The notes under the pieces were generated by a model that saw only the letters and a list, made by a program, of their open reading frames with translations, was not told the DNA's origin and ran no database searches. Shown piece by piece: positions 13,884 through 29,149 of a DNA stretch of 64,000 nucleotides; position 1 is the stretch's first letter; each line of letters opens with the position of its first letter. Source of the stretch: Eledone cirrhosa (Eukaryota); contig OZ024745.1 in assembly GCA_964016885.1 (NCBI GenBank), positions 73,284,001 through 73,348,000 on the forward strand. The letters are read 5' to 3'. The translations under genes were made by a program, and so were the position numbers.

Positions 13884-16089
13884 CATCATCATCATCATCA
13901 TCATCAACGTTTAACGTCCGTGTTCCACGCTTGCATGGGTTTGGACGGGGGTAGTCCCACTTGAGGCAAGAGTGATTGTCTTGCTCGCATAGGACTGTCT
14001 GGCAGGTTTTCTACAGTTGGATGCCCTTCCTAACACCAACCACATTTACAGTGTGGGTCTGGGAGGTTTTTACCGTGTTGCCTACACGGCCACATTACAG
14101 CGTGGACTGTGTGTTTTTTTGTCGTGACACCTACACGATCTCATTTGTTTCGGCCTCGATGGCGCGGCACCAACATAACTTTACATAGAACGGGGTGGTG
14201 TGGATCGGGTGGGGGTGGTGGTGGTGGGACGGGGTGTATTTTGTTAGAGATGCCTACTGGCTGGAGTAGGTTTTACTATATATTTAGGTAAGGCGGGTCT
14301 TCTCTGTTACTGAGTACCGCCAAAGGTCTCGGTCCAGTGACATTGTCTTGGAGAGGTGTAAGTGTGTGATGTCGGAGTTTATCAGCTCGTCCCAGGTTTT
14401 TCTAGGTCTGCCTATTCCGTGACTACCGTCTATCTTTATTGCCCTGCACTTTGTTATACAGCTATCGACTTTCATGCGCATCACGTGTCCATACCAACGT
14501 AGCCTTCTCTCGAGTAAACAACATCTGATCCCTCTTATCTCTAATTTTTTCCTTAGTTCGTTTATGCTTTGCCGTTCACGTATATTACTGTTACACATCC
14601 AGCGGAGTATGCAAGCTTCGTTCCTCTCTAGTCTGCGTATATCCTCTGCACACAATGCCCAGGTCTCACTGCCATGCAGCATTGCTGTTCGTATGCAGGC
14701 ATCGTACAACCTGCCTTTCATTTTTAGTGAGAACCCTTTAGCAGCTAATAGTGGTATAAGCTCTCTGAACTTTTTCCAACCAGTTCTGACTCTAGCTACA
14801 GTACTTTCAGAGCACCCTCCCCCACTGCTGATTTTATCGCCCAGGTAACGGAAGCTGTCCACTATTTCTATAGAACCCTCTGCGCAATTGAAAGAGCTAG
14901 TAGTTTGTGGGCACTTGCTGCTACTTATTGCACCAGAGCACCGGCCACATGTAAAATCTATGTTCTTAGTTAGCTTACCTGTGATCCCACTACATCTTTT
15001 ATGCACCCATACTTTGCATTTAGGACATAAAATGGAGTTTCTACCTACGCCTTTCCTACACACCGAGCACGACCATTTCCCAGAAGGGACCGCCGCCTTG
15101 TTTTCTTTCCTACAAACTAGTACTTTGGTCTTAGCCAGGTTAATTTTAAGTCCTTTTGACTCTAGGCCGTGCTTCCATGTTTGGAATTTCTTCTCTAGCT
15201 CGGCCATTGATTCCGCTATGAGTGTCAGGTCGTCTGCGTATAGGAGTTCCCATGGGCAGCCTGTCTTGAACTCCTCTGTTATAGCCTGAAGGGCAATAAT
15301 AAATAGTAGTGGACTGAGAACAGAGCCCTGATGGACGCCAACTTTTACGCTAAACTCTTCACTATATTCGTTGTTAATTCTAACCTTGCTGACTGTTTCT
15401 TTATACATGGCTTGTATAGCCCTCACAAGCCATTCGTCAACGCCTAGTTTTCTAAGAGCCCACCAGATAATGGAGCGGGGGACTCTGTCGAAGGCTTTCT
15501 CCAAGTCGACAAAAGCTAAGTAGAGGGGTTTACCTTTAGCTAGGTACTTCTCCTGTAGTTGTCGTACTATGAAAAGAGCGTCTGTGGTACTTTTGCCTGA
15601 CACAAACCCGAACTGCATTTCATCTAGGTCAATTCTCTCTCTGATTAGTTGCGCTATTACTCTTTCCGTGACCTTCATGACCTGGTCGATTAATTTAATG
15701 CCTCTATAGTTACTCCTATCTAGGGCGTCTCCTTTACCCTTATAACAGTTAACGATGATGCTGCTATGCCAGTCCTTCGGAACAACCCCATTCTGTACGA
15801 CTTGGTTAACTATGCGGGTGACCATGGTGTGTCCCACCGTGCCAGATGCCTTCAGCATCTCAGCAACTATTTCCGAAGGCCCAGCCGCCTTACCCGTCTT
15901 CATATCCTTGATTGCCTTACTTATTATACTCCCCTCGACTAACACTGCTGGTCCCTCTATTGGGTCGATATGGGGGAGACTGCCTTTCTCCCAATTATTC
16001 TCCTCATTTAGAAGCCTTTCATAGTGACACTTCCAAGCTACCTTCTTATCAGCGTCGGTGATGGCAAGTGTGCCATCGTCGTTTAGTAC
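13884..16089 (-). mobile_element. RTE-clade LINE, 5'-truncated at (TA)n, with 3' UTR and (ATG)n tail
   Basis: RT ORF; 3' UTR ending ...ggacgttaaacgtt(gat)n. Confidence 0.9.
14284..16089 (-). CDS. RTE reverse transcriptase with embedded PHD-like zinc finger (N-terminus lost)
   Basis: [39 protein letters not shown]...VHKRC...[20 protein letters not shown]. The upstream 16090-17007 part of the predicted ORF is microsatellite. Confidence 0.9.
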   Translation of the reverse strand, partial: VLNDDGTLAITDADKKVAWKCHYERLLNEENNWEKGSLPHIDPIEGPAVLVEGSIISKAIKDMKTGKAAGPSEIVAEMLKASGTVGHTMVTRIVNQVVQNGVVPKDWHSSIIVNCYKGKGDALDRSNYRGIKLIDQVMKVTERVIAQLIRERIDLDEMQFGFVSGKSTTDALFIVRQLQEKYLAKGKPLYLAFVDLEKAFDRVPRSIIWWALRKLGVDEWLVRAIQAMYKETVSKVRINNEYSEEFSVKVGVHQGSVLSPLLFIIALQAITEEFKTGCPWELLYADDLTLIAESMAELEKKFQTWKHGLESKGLKINLAKTKVLVCRKENKAAVPSGKWSCSVCRKGVGRNSILCPKCKVWVHKRCSGITGKLTKNIDFTCGRCSGAISSSKCPQTTSSFNCAEGSIEIVDSFRYLGDKISSGGGCSESTVARVRTGWKKFRELIPLLAAKGFSLKMKGRLYDACIRTAMLHGSETWALCAEDIRRLERNEACILRWMCNSNIRERQSINELRKKLEIRGIRCCLLERRLRWYGHVMRMKVDSCITKCRAIKIDGSHGIGRPRKTWDELINSDITHLHLSKTMSLDRDLWRYSVTEKTRLT

Positions 16090-16509
16090 ATATATATATA
16101 TATATCCATATATATATCCATATATATATATATCCATATATATATATATCCATATATATATATATCCATATATATATATATATCCATATATATATATATA
16201 TCCATATCCATATATATATCCATATATATATATATATCCATATCCATATATATATCCATATATATATATATATCCATATATATATATATCCATATCCATA
16301 TATATCCATATATATATATATATCCATATATATATATATCCATATATATATATCCATATATATATATATCCATATATATATATATCCATATATATATATA
16401 TCCATATATATATATATATATATATATATCCATATATATATATATATATATATATATCCATATATATATATATATATATATATCCATATATATATATATA
16501 TATATATAT

Positions 16510-16543
<34 letters not shown>

Positions 16544-16799
16544 ATATATATATATATATATATATATCCATATATATATATATATATCCATATATATATA
16601 TATATATCCATATATATATATATATATCCATATATATATATATGTATATCCATATATATATATATGTATATCCATATATATATATATGTATATCCATATA
16701 TATATATATATATATATCCATATATATATAAATATATATCCATATATATATAAATATATATCCATATATATATATATCCATATCCATATATATATATAT

Positions 16800-16838
<39 letters not shown>

Positions 16839-16879
16839 TATATATATATATATATCCATATATATATAAATATATATCC

Positions 16880-16912
<33 letters not shown>

Positions 16913-16947
16913 TATATACATATATCCATATATATATATATATATCC

Positions 16948-16978
<31 letters not shown>

Positions 16979-17209
16979 TATATATATATATATATATATA
17001 TATCCATATATATACATATATATATATATATTCATATATATATATATATATATATATCCATATATATATATATATATATCCATATATATATCCATATATA
17101 TATATATATATATCCATATATACATATATATATATCCATATATATATATATATATATATATCCATATATATATATATATATATATATCCATATATATATA
17201 TATATATAT

Positions 17210-17250
<41 letters not shown>

Positions 17251-17265
17251 TATATCCATATATAT

Positions 17266-17300
<35 letters not shown>

Positions 17301-17305
17301 TATAT

Positions 17306-17346
<41 letters not shown>

Positions 17347-17657
17347 TATATCCATATATATATATATCCATATATATATATATATATATATCCATATATA
17401 TATATATCCATATATATATATATATATATATCCATATATATATATATCCATATATATATATATATATATATATCCATATATATATATATATCCATATATA
17501 TATATCTATATATCCATATCCATATATATATATATATATATATCCCTATATATATATATATATATATATATCCATATATATATATATATATATATATCCA
17601 TATATATATATCCATATATATATATATATATATATCCATATATATATATATATATAT

Positions 17658-17691
<34 letters not shown>

Positions 17692-17907
17692 ATATATATA
17701 TATCCATATATATATATATCCATATATATATATATATCCATATATATATATATCCATATATATATATATATCCATATATATATATATATATATATATATC
17801 CATATATATATATATCCATATATATATATATATATATCCATATATATATATCCATATATATATATATATATATATCTCCATATATATATATATATATATA
17901 TATATCT

Positions 17908-17943
<36 letters not shown>

Positions 17944-18640
17944 ATATATATATATATATATATATAATCCATATATATATATATATCCATATATATATAT
18001 ACATATATATATACATATATATATATCCATATATATATACATATATATATATACATATATCCATATATCTATACATATATATCCATATATATATCCATAT
18101 ATATATACATATATATCCATATATATCCATATATATATATCCATATATACATATATATCCATATATATATATATATATATATCCATATATATATCTATAT
18201 ATATATCCATATATATATCCGGATATATAGATATATATGGATATATATATGGATATATATATATGGATATATATGTATATATATATGGATATATATATAT
18301 GGATATATATGTATGTATATATGGATATATATGTATATATATATGGATATATATTATATATCCATATATATATATATATATTTATTATATATCCATATAT
18401 ATATATACATATATATATATACATATATATATATACATATATCCATATATCTATACATATCCATATATATACATATATATACATATATACATATATATAT
18501 ATCTATACATATCCATATATATTTATATGTATATCCATATATATTTATATATATGTATATCCATATATATTTATATATATGTATATCCATATATATTTAT
18601 ATATATGTATATCCATATATATTTATATATATGTATATCC
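16090..18640. repeat. (TA)n microsatellite punctuated by CC (CCATATATAT..)
   Basis: Direct reading; internal strand flips near 17940 and 18220-18350. Confidence 0.97.
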
Positions 18641-18641
18641 A

Positions 18642-18850
18642 TATCATCATTTCATTTCATTTTACAAGGGTGGGACGGGAACTGATTCTGGCTGGATTTC
18701 TACAGCTGGATGCCCTTCCTAATACCAACCTCATTTACAGTGAGTGCTGGGTGCTTTTTTTTTTTTCGTGGCGCCTACACGTCCACTTTACAGTGTGGGT
18801 GTTTTTTTGCCGTGGCACCTCCACGACCACTCTACAGTGGATTGATATGG
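18642..18850 (-). mobile_element. RTE-like 3' end fragment
   Basis: Shares ttctacagctggatgcccttcctaataccaacc and tttacagtgtgg with the RTE 3' UTR at ~14010-14060. Confidence 0.6.
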
Positions 18851-18855
18851 ATCCC

Positions 18856-19009
18856 AGTCCCTATCATCTCATTTCTACAGCTGAGTAAACTGGAGCAATG
18901 TGAAATAAAGTGCCTTGCTCAAGGAAACAACACATCACCCAGTCTGAGAATTGAACTCACAACCTTTCGATTGCAAGGCCAATACTCTAACCACTAAGCC
19001 ATGTGCCTC
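18856..19009 (-). mobile_element. tRNA-derived SINE (duplicate of 13540-13693)
   Basis: A/B boxes; identical sequence and flank. Confidence 0.85.
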
Positions 19010-19363
19010 GATATATTTTTATATATATATATCCATATATATTTATATATATCCATATATTTTTATATATATATATATCCATATATTTTTATATATATAT
19101 ATATATATCCATATATTTTTATATATATATATATCCATATATTTTTATATATATATATATATCCATATATTTTTATATATATATATATCCATATATTTTT
19201 ATATATATATATATATATCCATATATTTTTATATATATATATATATATCCATATATTTTTATATATATATATATATCCATATATTTTTATATATATATAT
19301 ATCCATATATTTTTATATATATATATATATCCATATATTTTTATATATATATATATATCCATA

Positions 19364-19396
<33 letters not shown>

Positions 19397-19427
19397 CCAT
19401 ATATTTTTATATATATATATATCCATA

Positions 19428-19470
<43 letters not shown>

Positions 19471-19523
19471 ATATATTTTTATATATATATATATCCATAT
19501 ATTTTTATATATATATATATCCA

Positions 19524-19565
<42 letters not shown>

Positions 19566-20078
19566 ATATATTTTTATATATATATATATATCCATATATT
19601 TTTATATATATATATATATATCCATATATTTTTATATATATATATATATATATATCCATATATTTTTATATATATATATATATATATCCATATATTTTTA
19701 TATATATATATATCCATATATTTTTATATATATATATATATATCCATATATATATATATATATATCCATATATATATATATATATATCCATATATATATA
19801 TATATATATATCCATATATATATATATATATATCCATATATATATATCCATATATTTATATATATATATATATATATATATCCATATATATATATATATA
19901 TATATTCATATATATATATCCATATATATCCATATATATATATATATCCATATATATCCATATATATATATATATATCCATATATATCCATATATATATA
20001 TATCCATATATTTATATATATATATCCATATATATATATCCATATCTATATATATATATATATATCCATATATATATA
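19010..20078. repeat. Compound satellite CCATATATTTTT(AT)n grading to CC(AT)n
   Basis: Direct reading. Confidence 0.95.
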
Positions 20079-20180
20079 TTGTTATACTTTGGGAGGGTCA
20101 TGTTGCCAATAAGAAACACACGCAGTCCATGACTGAATTTTAACCATCAACTTAGTCAAGGTATGTCAAGCATCATCTTA

Positions 20181-20243
20181 TTTTATCTGATGAGGACGTA
20201 CTGTTGAACATAGCTCAGTACCTCTGAAATACGTATAATAAAA
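20181..20243 (+). ncRNA. Type I hammerhead ribozyme in solo pLTR fragment
   Basis: ttttat CTGATGA ggacgtactg..cagtacctct GAAA tacgta TA ataaaa; palindromic stem III ATACGTAT. Confidence 0.78.
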
Positions 20244-20733
20244 TATACTTTATCACACAAATGTCTATATTTGTTAATATTTTGATTTAATATATATCCA
20301 TATATATATATAGAGACATATATGTCCAAATATATATATATATATAGATATATATATCCATATATAGATATATATATCCATATATATATATATATAGATA
20401 TATATAGATATATATATCCATATATATATAGAGATATATATATCCATATATATATATATATAGATATATATATCCATATATATATATCCATATATATGGA
20501 TATATATATATATCCATATATATGTATATATATATCCATATATATGTATATATATCCCCGTATATATATATATATATCCCCGTATATATATATATATATC
20601 CCCGTATATATATATATATATATATAGTAATAATAATAAATTTTAAGACTAAATAAATATACATATATATAAATACAATATATATATCCGTATATATATA
20701 TATATATATATCCGTATATATATATATATATCC

Positions 20734-20789
<56 letters not shown>

Positions 20790-20812
20790 ATATATATATA
20801 TATATATATCCG

Positions 20813-20843
<31 letters not shown>

Positions 20844-20870
20844 ATATATATATATATATATATATATCCG

Positions 20871-20995
<125 letters not shown>

Positions 20996-21086
20996 ATATA
21001 TGCATATATATATATATATATCCGTCTAACCCATGCTAGCGTGGAATAACGGACGTAAAACGGTGATGATGATGATCCATATATAC

Positions 21087-21118
<32 letters not shown>

Positions 21119-21150
21119 CCACATATAGATATATTTATATCCATATATAT

Positions 21151-21188
<38 letters not shown>

Positions 21189-22175
21189 GGAGCACTAGAA
21201 AAGTCTTGTTCACACAAGGGACGTCAGTTAACTGTAGAATAACCAGGTAATGTCTTTCTAATCTTTTTTTTTTTTTTCTGGCTTTTCTCACGGAATATGT
21301 ATTGAAAGGGTACATAAGCTGACTAGAATTGTCAGTCTGTGTGGTATGTGAATGACGATCGAGTGACTGCATGTGGTTTTGATAGATATAAGTAACAACC
21401 TCCTCTTCCTATACGGGTACCAACTGAACTGAGGCCGCCTACATATGAAAACTGCAACCATCGATCGATCATCTAGCTTACATCCATACAATACATCTAT
21501 GCATCCATACACCCACTACCCAAACCAATCATATATTTATATCCACATATATTGTATCTCCAACATTATCCGTTTTACACCCATCTATTTTATTTTATAT
21601 TTCGATGTTGCATCCCTGTACTCCCATTTTATCTAGTAAATCTCAAACAAGCAGCCTACGTCTTTGTTCGTTTACCTACCTATCAATTCGCTTTGTCAAA
21701 ATTAAATCCATACCTATTTCTATGTGTAGCTATTAATTCAAATGTATCGAGATAGGTCACTAGATCAATATCAACACATCAATCATCGTGTTTAGTTTAT
21801 TCAATAAATACATACATAACATATTTCAATTATACCACCGGTACCACTGACACACATCCATGTGCCTGAGCGTAAACATGAAAAAAAAAAAAAAAAAAGA
21901 ACGATAAATAAGTGAGTGTATAAAATAAGTTTCAGAATGCAAAGACAAAAAAAAAATTAGCAGGTATTTTTATTTTTTTTACTTTGCAATCAATATAACG
22001 AAACAAGTTACAGAAAACATCATGTAAGCATATCTACAACTTTATACACACAGTTTTTATCTCTCATTCTCATGTATCTGTAGAGATTATATAACGGAGT
22101 TATGCAGTGGTGTTTCATGCTTCGCTTTATGTAATAATAATGATTTATTGAATAGTAAAGTAGTGGACACGCACA

Positions 22176-22219
<44 letters not shown>

Positions 22220-22286
22220 TGAGAGAGAGAGAGCATATAATACATATATTTATGTGTGTGTATGTTATTTAGGCTAAATAGTGTGT

Positions 22287-22334
22287 CTTGTTACTCTGGA
22301 GTTTCGCCTGTTTATCACAGGGGCATCAGACAAG
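22287..22334 (-). ncRNA. Degenerate type I hammerhead
   Basis: cttgt CTGATGC ccctg tgataaa caggc GAAA ctccagag TA acaag; A9 and G10.1 altered. Confidence 0.5.
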
Positions 22335-22339
22335 AACTT

Positions 22340-22460
<121 letters not shown>

Positions 22461-23551
22461 AGAGAGTATAATTCTATTTGCATGTAGAGCTATATAAGAG
22501 AATATATGACTAGTTAGAATATATTAGATACATATATACCTTCAACCACTATATACAAATGGGAATAAAATATAGTCACGCATATGTACTCCTGTATGTG
22601 TAAACACGTGTATGTGTGTATATGTTTTTATGTCATTGAATACGTGAGCCGTAACACAGCGCGTGACTATTGCATTGTGTTTTATACTGTTTGTTGTATT
22701 ATTTAGGGGGAAAGAAACTATAATCAGTAAAAACAAAACTAATGTCACAACGATAAGTACTCCGTCCTTTTTATAAGCAAAAATACAAAATATTTAAGCC
22801 GTAATGTAATGTTCAAGCATGGTGTGTGCATACATACTTTTATACAAACACACATGTATACATTCATATAAACATACACACACACACATACATACATGTG
22901 TGTGTGCGTGTGTGTAAATGTTTGAATAGTATTTTGTACGGGCCAGCTGGTTGTAACAATGACAGGTAGCAAACAGTGGCAGAGGATGTGTTTTTTTTGT
23001 TTCGTTGTAATTTTTTTTAGAAGGCAATCTCATAAAGAAACTGTCAAAACACATTCACACAGAGATGCAGACACACCTTGCAGCATTCGCTCTTATCTGT
23101 TGACAGAGACATGCTTAGATGCGTACACATATGTAGCGGACTGGTCTGTAAAAGTGTAAGCCTGTGCGTGTGTGAAAGGGAAGCGAGGAAATCATGAGAA
23201 CAACACCGCACGCAGTAATTAAAGATAGATAGAAAATCGGAGATAACGAGTGAGTGACCATAGACGAATGACAGAAAGAAAGAAAAAGCAACGTTGCATG
23301 CTTTTCATTCCCTTCTCTTTGGTAAATAATAGCATCAATAACAGTAAAGAATGAAAACTTCAGGATATCTCCCAAAATTGTCAGAATGTAAACGAAACCA
23401 CTGGGGAATGGGGAATAAAAAAATATCGAAAAAAAAATAAAGAAAAAAAACGGGTATGAGAAGTGATAGTACTGTCAATTTTGCCAGCTGTTTCTGAATG
23501 TATGTGTGTGTGTATGTAATAATAACATAACATGAGCATTTGAGAACTTAC

Positions 23552-23605
23552 CGTTATAATCACATGGAGATAAGCAAAAACTAAAAGAGATTTCACCTTT
23601 GCCAT
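23552..23605 (-). CDS. Candidate first coding exon of a host gene (signal-peptide-like MAKVKSLLVFAYLHVIIT)
   Basis: ATG followed by 18 codons ending at a consensus donor ACG|GTAAGT; upstream AAGATGGC motif; lies in non-repetitive DNA. Confidence 0.45.
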
Positions 23606-24205
23606 TCACGACAGCATAAAAGCAGCCATCTTTGAAACATTAGTCGAATCGGTGACTACTCGATGTTCGGAAGCAGGCAATACTACTTGATAAAACTTTA
23701 ACAACCCCTCCGTCTATCTTTATCTCTCTTTTTCTCTCTCTCTCTCTTTCTTTTTATTTATTTCTCTGTCTCCACTGCTTCCTTTGCTTCTCTCTCTCTC
23801 TTTCCCAACCGTTGTTCTCTGCTTAGTATCTATAATGCCATGAATAACTTGGTCTCAACAGTGATAGATTGCGAGAGATAAATTGACAAAGATATGCATA
23901 GATATATAAACAGAGTTTGATAGATTCTGTTGTTCACAGCATTATCCATTATTCAGATAGTAGCATCGTGTGTTTATATATCTATAATGTATACATGTAT
24001 CTCTCTCTCTCTCACACTCTTCCCCCCTCTCTCTCTCTCACACACACACATATATATACAGGGTGTCCCAAAAAATGTATACACACTTTGATTACCTGTA
24101 CAGGCAATATTTATTAGAATGCTGTTGAAGTGTGTATATATATATATATATACATATAGATAGATACAGATACAGGTATGCGTGTGTGTATATACATGCA
24201 CACGG

Positions 24206-24320
24206 GGACGCGCGGCTTAGTGGTTATGGTCTTTGACTTACGATCTTTAAGTTCAACTCCCGTTGGCGCGTTGTGTCCTTGAGCAAGACACTTTATTTCT
24301 CGATGCCCCACTTCACTCAC
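24206..24320 (+). mobile_element. tRNA-derived SINE (same family as 13540)
   Basis: CGGCTTAGTGG, AGTTCAACTCC, gtgtccttgagcaagacacttta. Confidence 0.75.
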
Positions 24321-24437
24321 ATGGGAAAAAAATCTTATATAAAAAGCCAGTTGTATCATTCGTCATCATAACTGACGGAGGTCCAACATACAGAAAACAT
24401 ACATCCACATATGTATATATATGTATGTGTACACACA

Positions 24438-24486
<49 letters not shown>

Positions 24487-24507
24487 CATATATACGCATA
24501 CGTAAAT

Positions 24508-24554
<47 letters not shown>

Positions 24555-26099
24555 ATGATAATAATAATCATTCCACGCCTGTTATCCGTTGTGGCATGGG
24601 TTGGACCTGTCATGGTCCGAGACAAGATCTAGTCGAATAGCTACATCTTGCTCATACGTTTTATATTTCGGCATGGTTTCTACAACTGGTTGCTTAACGC
24701 CTATCACTTCACACGCATGTGTGTAGCGAAACCTCGACATATTTTCCCAAGATAGTTTTCTTAGTCTGCTACATACGACCGCCAAAAGACTGATCTTTGA
24801 CCTCAGAACTACAAACTTAGATAATGTTCTCTTGCAGGAGACTCACGGCGCCAGATTGTCCGAAAAGAGCACAACTCTAAAAGCCATCTGTTTAATGTTT
24901 CCGGGTAACCTAATTCTTATTTATATATATATATACAAGTGATTTCAACCCCAATGTAGCCATACGCAATGACCAGCCCTGCTGTGATCGGCACTAGCTG
25001 AGCTTGCTACCAACATATTCCACACACAGGCTAGTAGTTTTACTGCTTTAGAATTCTACATTCCAATACATAACACACTACAACTTGCATTTTTTTCCTC
25101 ATCGTTCATTGCTGTACATGATTTCGAAATAAATTATATTACAAAAAACATTAAAATTAGCGGTGTCTTGTTCATTTGTTATATCTTATCCATGTGATTT
25201 AGGAAAATCATATTCCTTATGGTAATATCACTTCACACAACAAGAAGCGAATACAACTACTTGTTTCCTAGAACATGACACTTTTCTCGACTCACTGGAT
25301 GTATTTCACTTACTTGCCATTATTCGACCAAAAGCTACTCACTCATCAACTTCGCATTTCATTAATACCACTACATGAAACAGGCAACCAACCCTATACC
25401 AAACTAAAGTTTCATCATTACCCCTCTAAATATATATGTAGCGAAACCGTTCATATGTTCTCAGGTGGTCGCTTTATCAAGACACACTGACCTTTAACTT
25501 CAGTCAGACTAACTGTGATACCAATTCTTTTGTTTGAGTTAACAATGTCGCCATTTCGATTTATTGCCTTTGTTTAAAAGGAAATTATCAAGGGTCATAT
25601 GTTTAATGTTTTCTGGACGCATACTCCTTATACAGTTACTCGTTTCTTCGCTCTGCCACAGAACAGTCGGCTTCTTTGCTCTGCAGCATACTGACAGCAC
25701 AGTTGATGATGTAGCCACACTCGCAGATACATACGCTCGCTAGCCAGCCTTGGTTGCTAGGTGGGCTGGCTACCAACAACCCAAAGGTTAGTAATTCACT
25801 ATTTTGATATTCTAAATTCATACACACAATCAACACACTTCAATTATACGTGTACCTTTTCCGATGTTCATTACTACAACATGTGATTTTGAAGTAATTC
25901 ACGCAACCAATAGAAACATATAAACATTAGTGGTGTCATGTTCATTTATAAATTCATATCAATGTGATTGGGGAAAAACGTTTTCCCCACGGCAATATCA
26001 CATCACCACAATAAGCGAATACACCTAATGGTTTCCTCACGATGGACTCAGCTGATTCTCAATGTTCGACATAAACCCACAATTCAGCAATACTAGGAC

Positions 26100-26930
26100 T
26101 CTTGTCGATGGCGTGCAGGACTGTATCGTCGTCCTATGCGCACCTTGGAAAGGCTAGGCTGACTGCGCTTCCATGCCTGTAGAGATTTTCTCGAACTGGC
26201 GATGCTCCCTGGTAGCACTGCCACGCCAGGTATTTCTGGAAGTTATCTATGAGCTCTTGACCTAAAGTACTCTGGAAAAGAGAGGCTAGTTGAATTTTCG
26301 ACCTCAGAATCTCCAAAAGAAGGCCATCACTTTTTACCCGCCACTAACCCTTTATAGAACGCAAAGGTGGAGTTTCCTTCGATCGTATATCATACTGTCA
26401 GATTGGCAGACACTGTGATCGTTGAAGACATTCTAGTTTCCAAACGTTCCTTCTCTGTCTTCACATGACCCAGGACTGTAGCTCCGTCAAATAGACGAGC
26501 TGGAGAAAACGCCTCTTGCGAATCGTGACCACTCGTGTTCACCGCCAAGGAAAAGCTAGAGATGTCGTAGCAACAAAGCATGTTTGTGCATCATCAGCCA
26601 CAGCCTGACCACTGGAACGTGTCCCTTCCCCAAACACCGATAGAGCAAACGATCCAGTGCAGCCAGACGTGGACCAGGACAAAGTATGACAGCCTGGCGG
26701 AATAGTAGATGATGGATCGTGGCTTTGTGGCCAAGTATCGCCTGTACCATTTGGGCTCATTGAACAGCTTTCGTTACCTCATGTCTAAGAGCACGCACCC
26801 TAGCTCTAACAGCGCAGCCTTCATGCTTTGTGCTGAAGTATTGGTCGAGAGCCAATCTCGCGGCAAGCACGTCAGTTGTGTTGCCTTTCATAAACGCCTC
26901 TTCTAGACTTCTAGCTAGCTCTCCCTATGT
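26100..26930 (-). pseudogene. Degenerate L1/Tx1-type LINE ORF2 fragments
   Basis: EGCAVRARVR linker and C-terminal LAWQCYQGASPVRENLYRHG..PRCA..TVLHA (zf-RVT-like), with stops. Confidence 0.55.
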
Positions 26931-27109
26931 CTAGTTTTCTCTATCGCTGTTATTTTCCTTAATATTATTGGTTCTACTCTAATTGCCATTTTTAGGGCCA
27001 ACCACCATTTGTTGTTGACAATTTCCCCCGTCAATGCCCGTCAATAATAATAATAATAATTTACGTAAAAGAAATTCTAATGTCGAAATTCACCACAATG
27101 GAATAAAGA

Positions 27110-28900
27110 TGGAAATGATCCAAGAACTCCGTACAGTATATCTCCCTATAAACGAAAGAATACACCCACCAAAGATAAAAATCAATAGTAAAATAGTAAT
27201 AACTACAAAAAATGTTAACATGGCCAACAAAGACTTAATTAGCACAAACGCAAACATTAGTATCGCAAGGCTAAATAAGATAATATATGCAGCAGCCACA
27301 GTTGTTACAAAAGAAAGTGGGTACTTCCTTAGATCTACAAAAACACGAATAACAAAACCCTCACAAGCATGGAAATCAAAGACACAAAAGAATTTAGAAC
27401 ATAAAAGAAAAAAAATCCACAAATCTTTAATGAAAAGTGTAGAAAATGAAAACATTAAAAAAATATATTACATAAAAGGAAATCACCGAATCTAAGAAAT
27501 GCCTAAAACATCAAATATTTGCAAATGTACAAAGAATCCAGAGATATGAAAAGTGCCAATAATTTTTGAACAAAACCAACAATTTCAATCCAAGCCAAAA
27601 CGATTCTACCAAGAACTTAATAGAAACAAAATAGAGGTAAATATAACCCCAAAGTAAAAGAAGTGGAAGAGTACAGAGTAGGGATGGTAGACAACAGAGG
27701 AATACTCATGTACATGAATAATTAGAACAACAAACACAACCTCTGAAGAACTATGGAAAGACATCACAACAGAAGATGTGTTTAACTCACTGAAAACAGA
27801 AAGCAACTGGAAAATGCCAGGACATGCCAAAATACCAAACTTCTGGATGAAATATTTAACAGGGACAGATAGTGTACTTTCAAAAAAGTTTAATGAGATA
27901 TTGTTGGTGCTAGAAATGACACTCGATTAGCTTACTATATAAAAAAAAAACACCCTGGTCCTCAGAAATAATGACACATTAACCCCAAAACTACAGCCCC
28001 AAAACATGCCCTTCTACAACCAAGTCTTTCTACAAGACTCTAACTGTAATACCATCACAGACACTGACCAAGCACGTGGAAAACCAACTTGTTTCCAGAA
28101 AAGTAGAAACGATGAGCTCATCCCAATTTACAGAGGGATATTGCAAGAGGACTACCTTTCTCCATTCCTTTTCTGCCTAGCACTGACAACATTATTTGAG
28201 ATAATAAGCAGGATTGGACTTGGTTATAAATGCTATAATACGAAAATTAACTATCTTCTGTATATGGATGATCTAAAGCTGTACGCTATAGATGAGACAC
28301 AACTTGAAACTCTGCTAAAGAATGTGCATGGATTCACAATAGAAATAATCATGACAATTGGATTAGAAAAATCTGCCAAGGCAACACTGAAGAGAGGAAA
28401 TATAGTGAATGTTTCTTATATCATGCTAGGTAAAGAAACTGAGATAAGGGAATTAGATGAAATACAGACATTCAAATACTTAGAAATCAATGAGCTAGAC
28501 GGGTTTTAACATACACAGATGGATTAAAGATTAGACAGGAATATTATAGACGGATTAAATTACTACATAAGACAGAACTAAATGCAAAGAATAAGGTAAT
28601 AGGCTACAGTTTTAACATTCTGAACTGGACACTAAAAGAACTAACAGGGCTAGACAGAAAAACAAGAAAAACAATAACTGCATTTAGAATACACCACCCA
28701 AAATCAGATGTAGAAAGAATATACCTACCACCAACACAAGGAGAAAGAAGTCTTATGCAACTAGAAAACTATTATAAAATTACCACTGTAGGACTACAAA
28801 AATAACTAAGAATAATGGAAAGTTAATACAAATGAAACATGAAGAAATAAAAATAAAATTGTTATCTATCTTCAAGGAATCCAACAAATTACTAAAGATA
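27110..28900 (+). pseudogene. Degenerate R4/Dong-like non-LTR RT
   Basis: RGILQEDYLSPFLFCLAL, LLYMDDLKLYA, GLEKSAK, FKYLEI; many stops and frameshifts; preceded by (AAT)n. Confidence 0.65.
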
Positions 28901-29149
28901 AGACCCTAGTTTAGGAAAAAGCCTAAAAATATAGATATGAAGTGCTATTACGTAAGCAACCCAGCCGAAGCAGGATTTAGAAGAAGAATGTTAGATAACC
29001 GAAAATGGCTTGGAATGGAAACGATTGAAGGAAAAACTGACTGGCTGAGTGATCTTTATTGAAAGTAATGGGTAAAACAAGAGCTGCAAGGAGAAAGGAA
29101 GGCTGTGATTTGTGACTACCAAGCAATGGCACTGGCATAAAATGATAAA

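Noticed and set aside
21380-21460. Second exon for the 23552-23605 candidate
   Set aside because: Candidate acceptors give early stops or lack a convincing donor.
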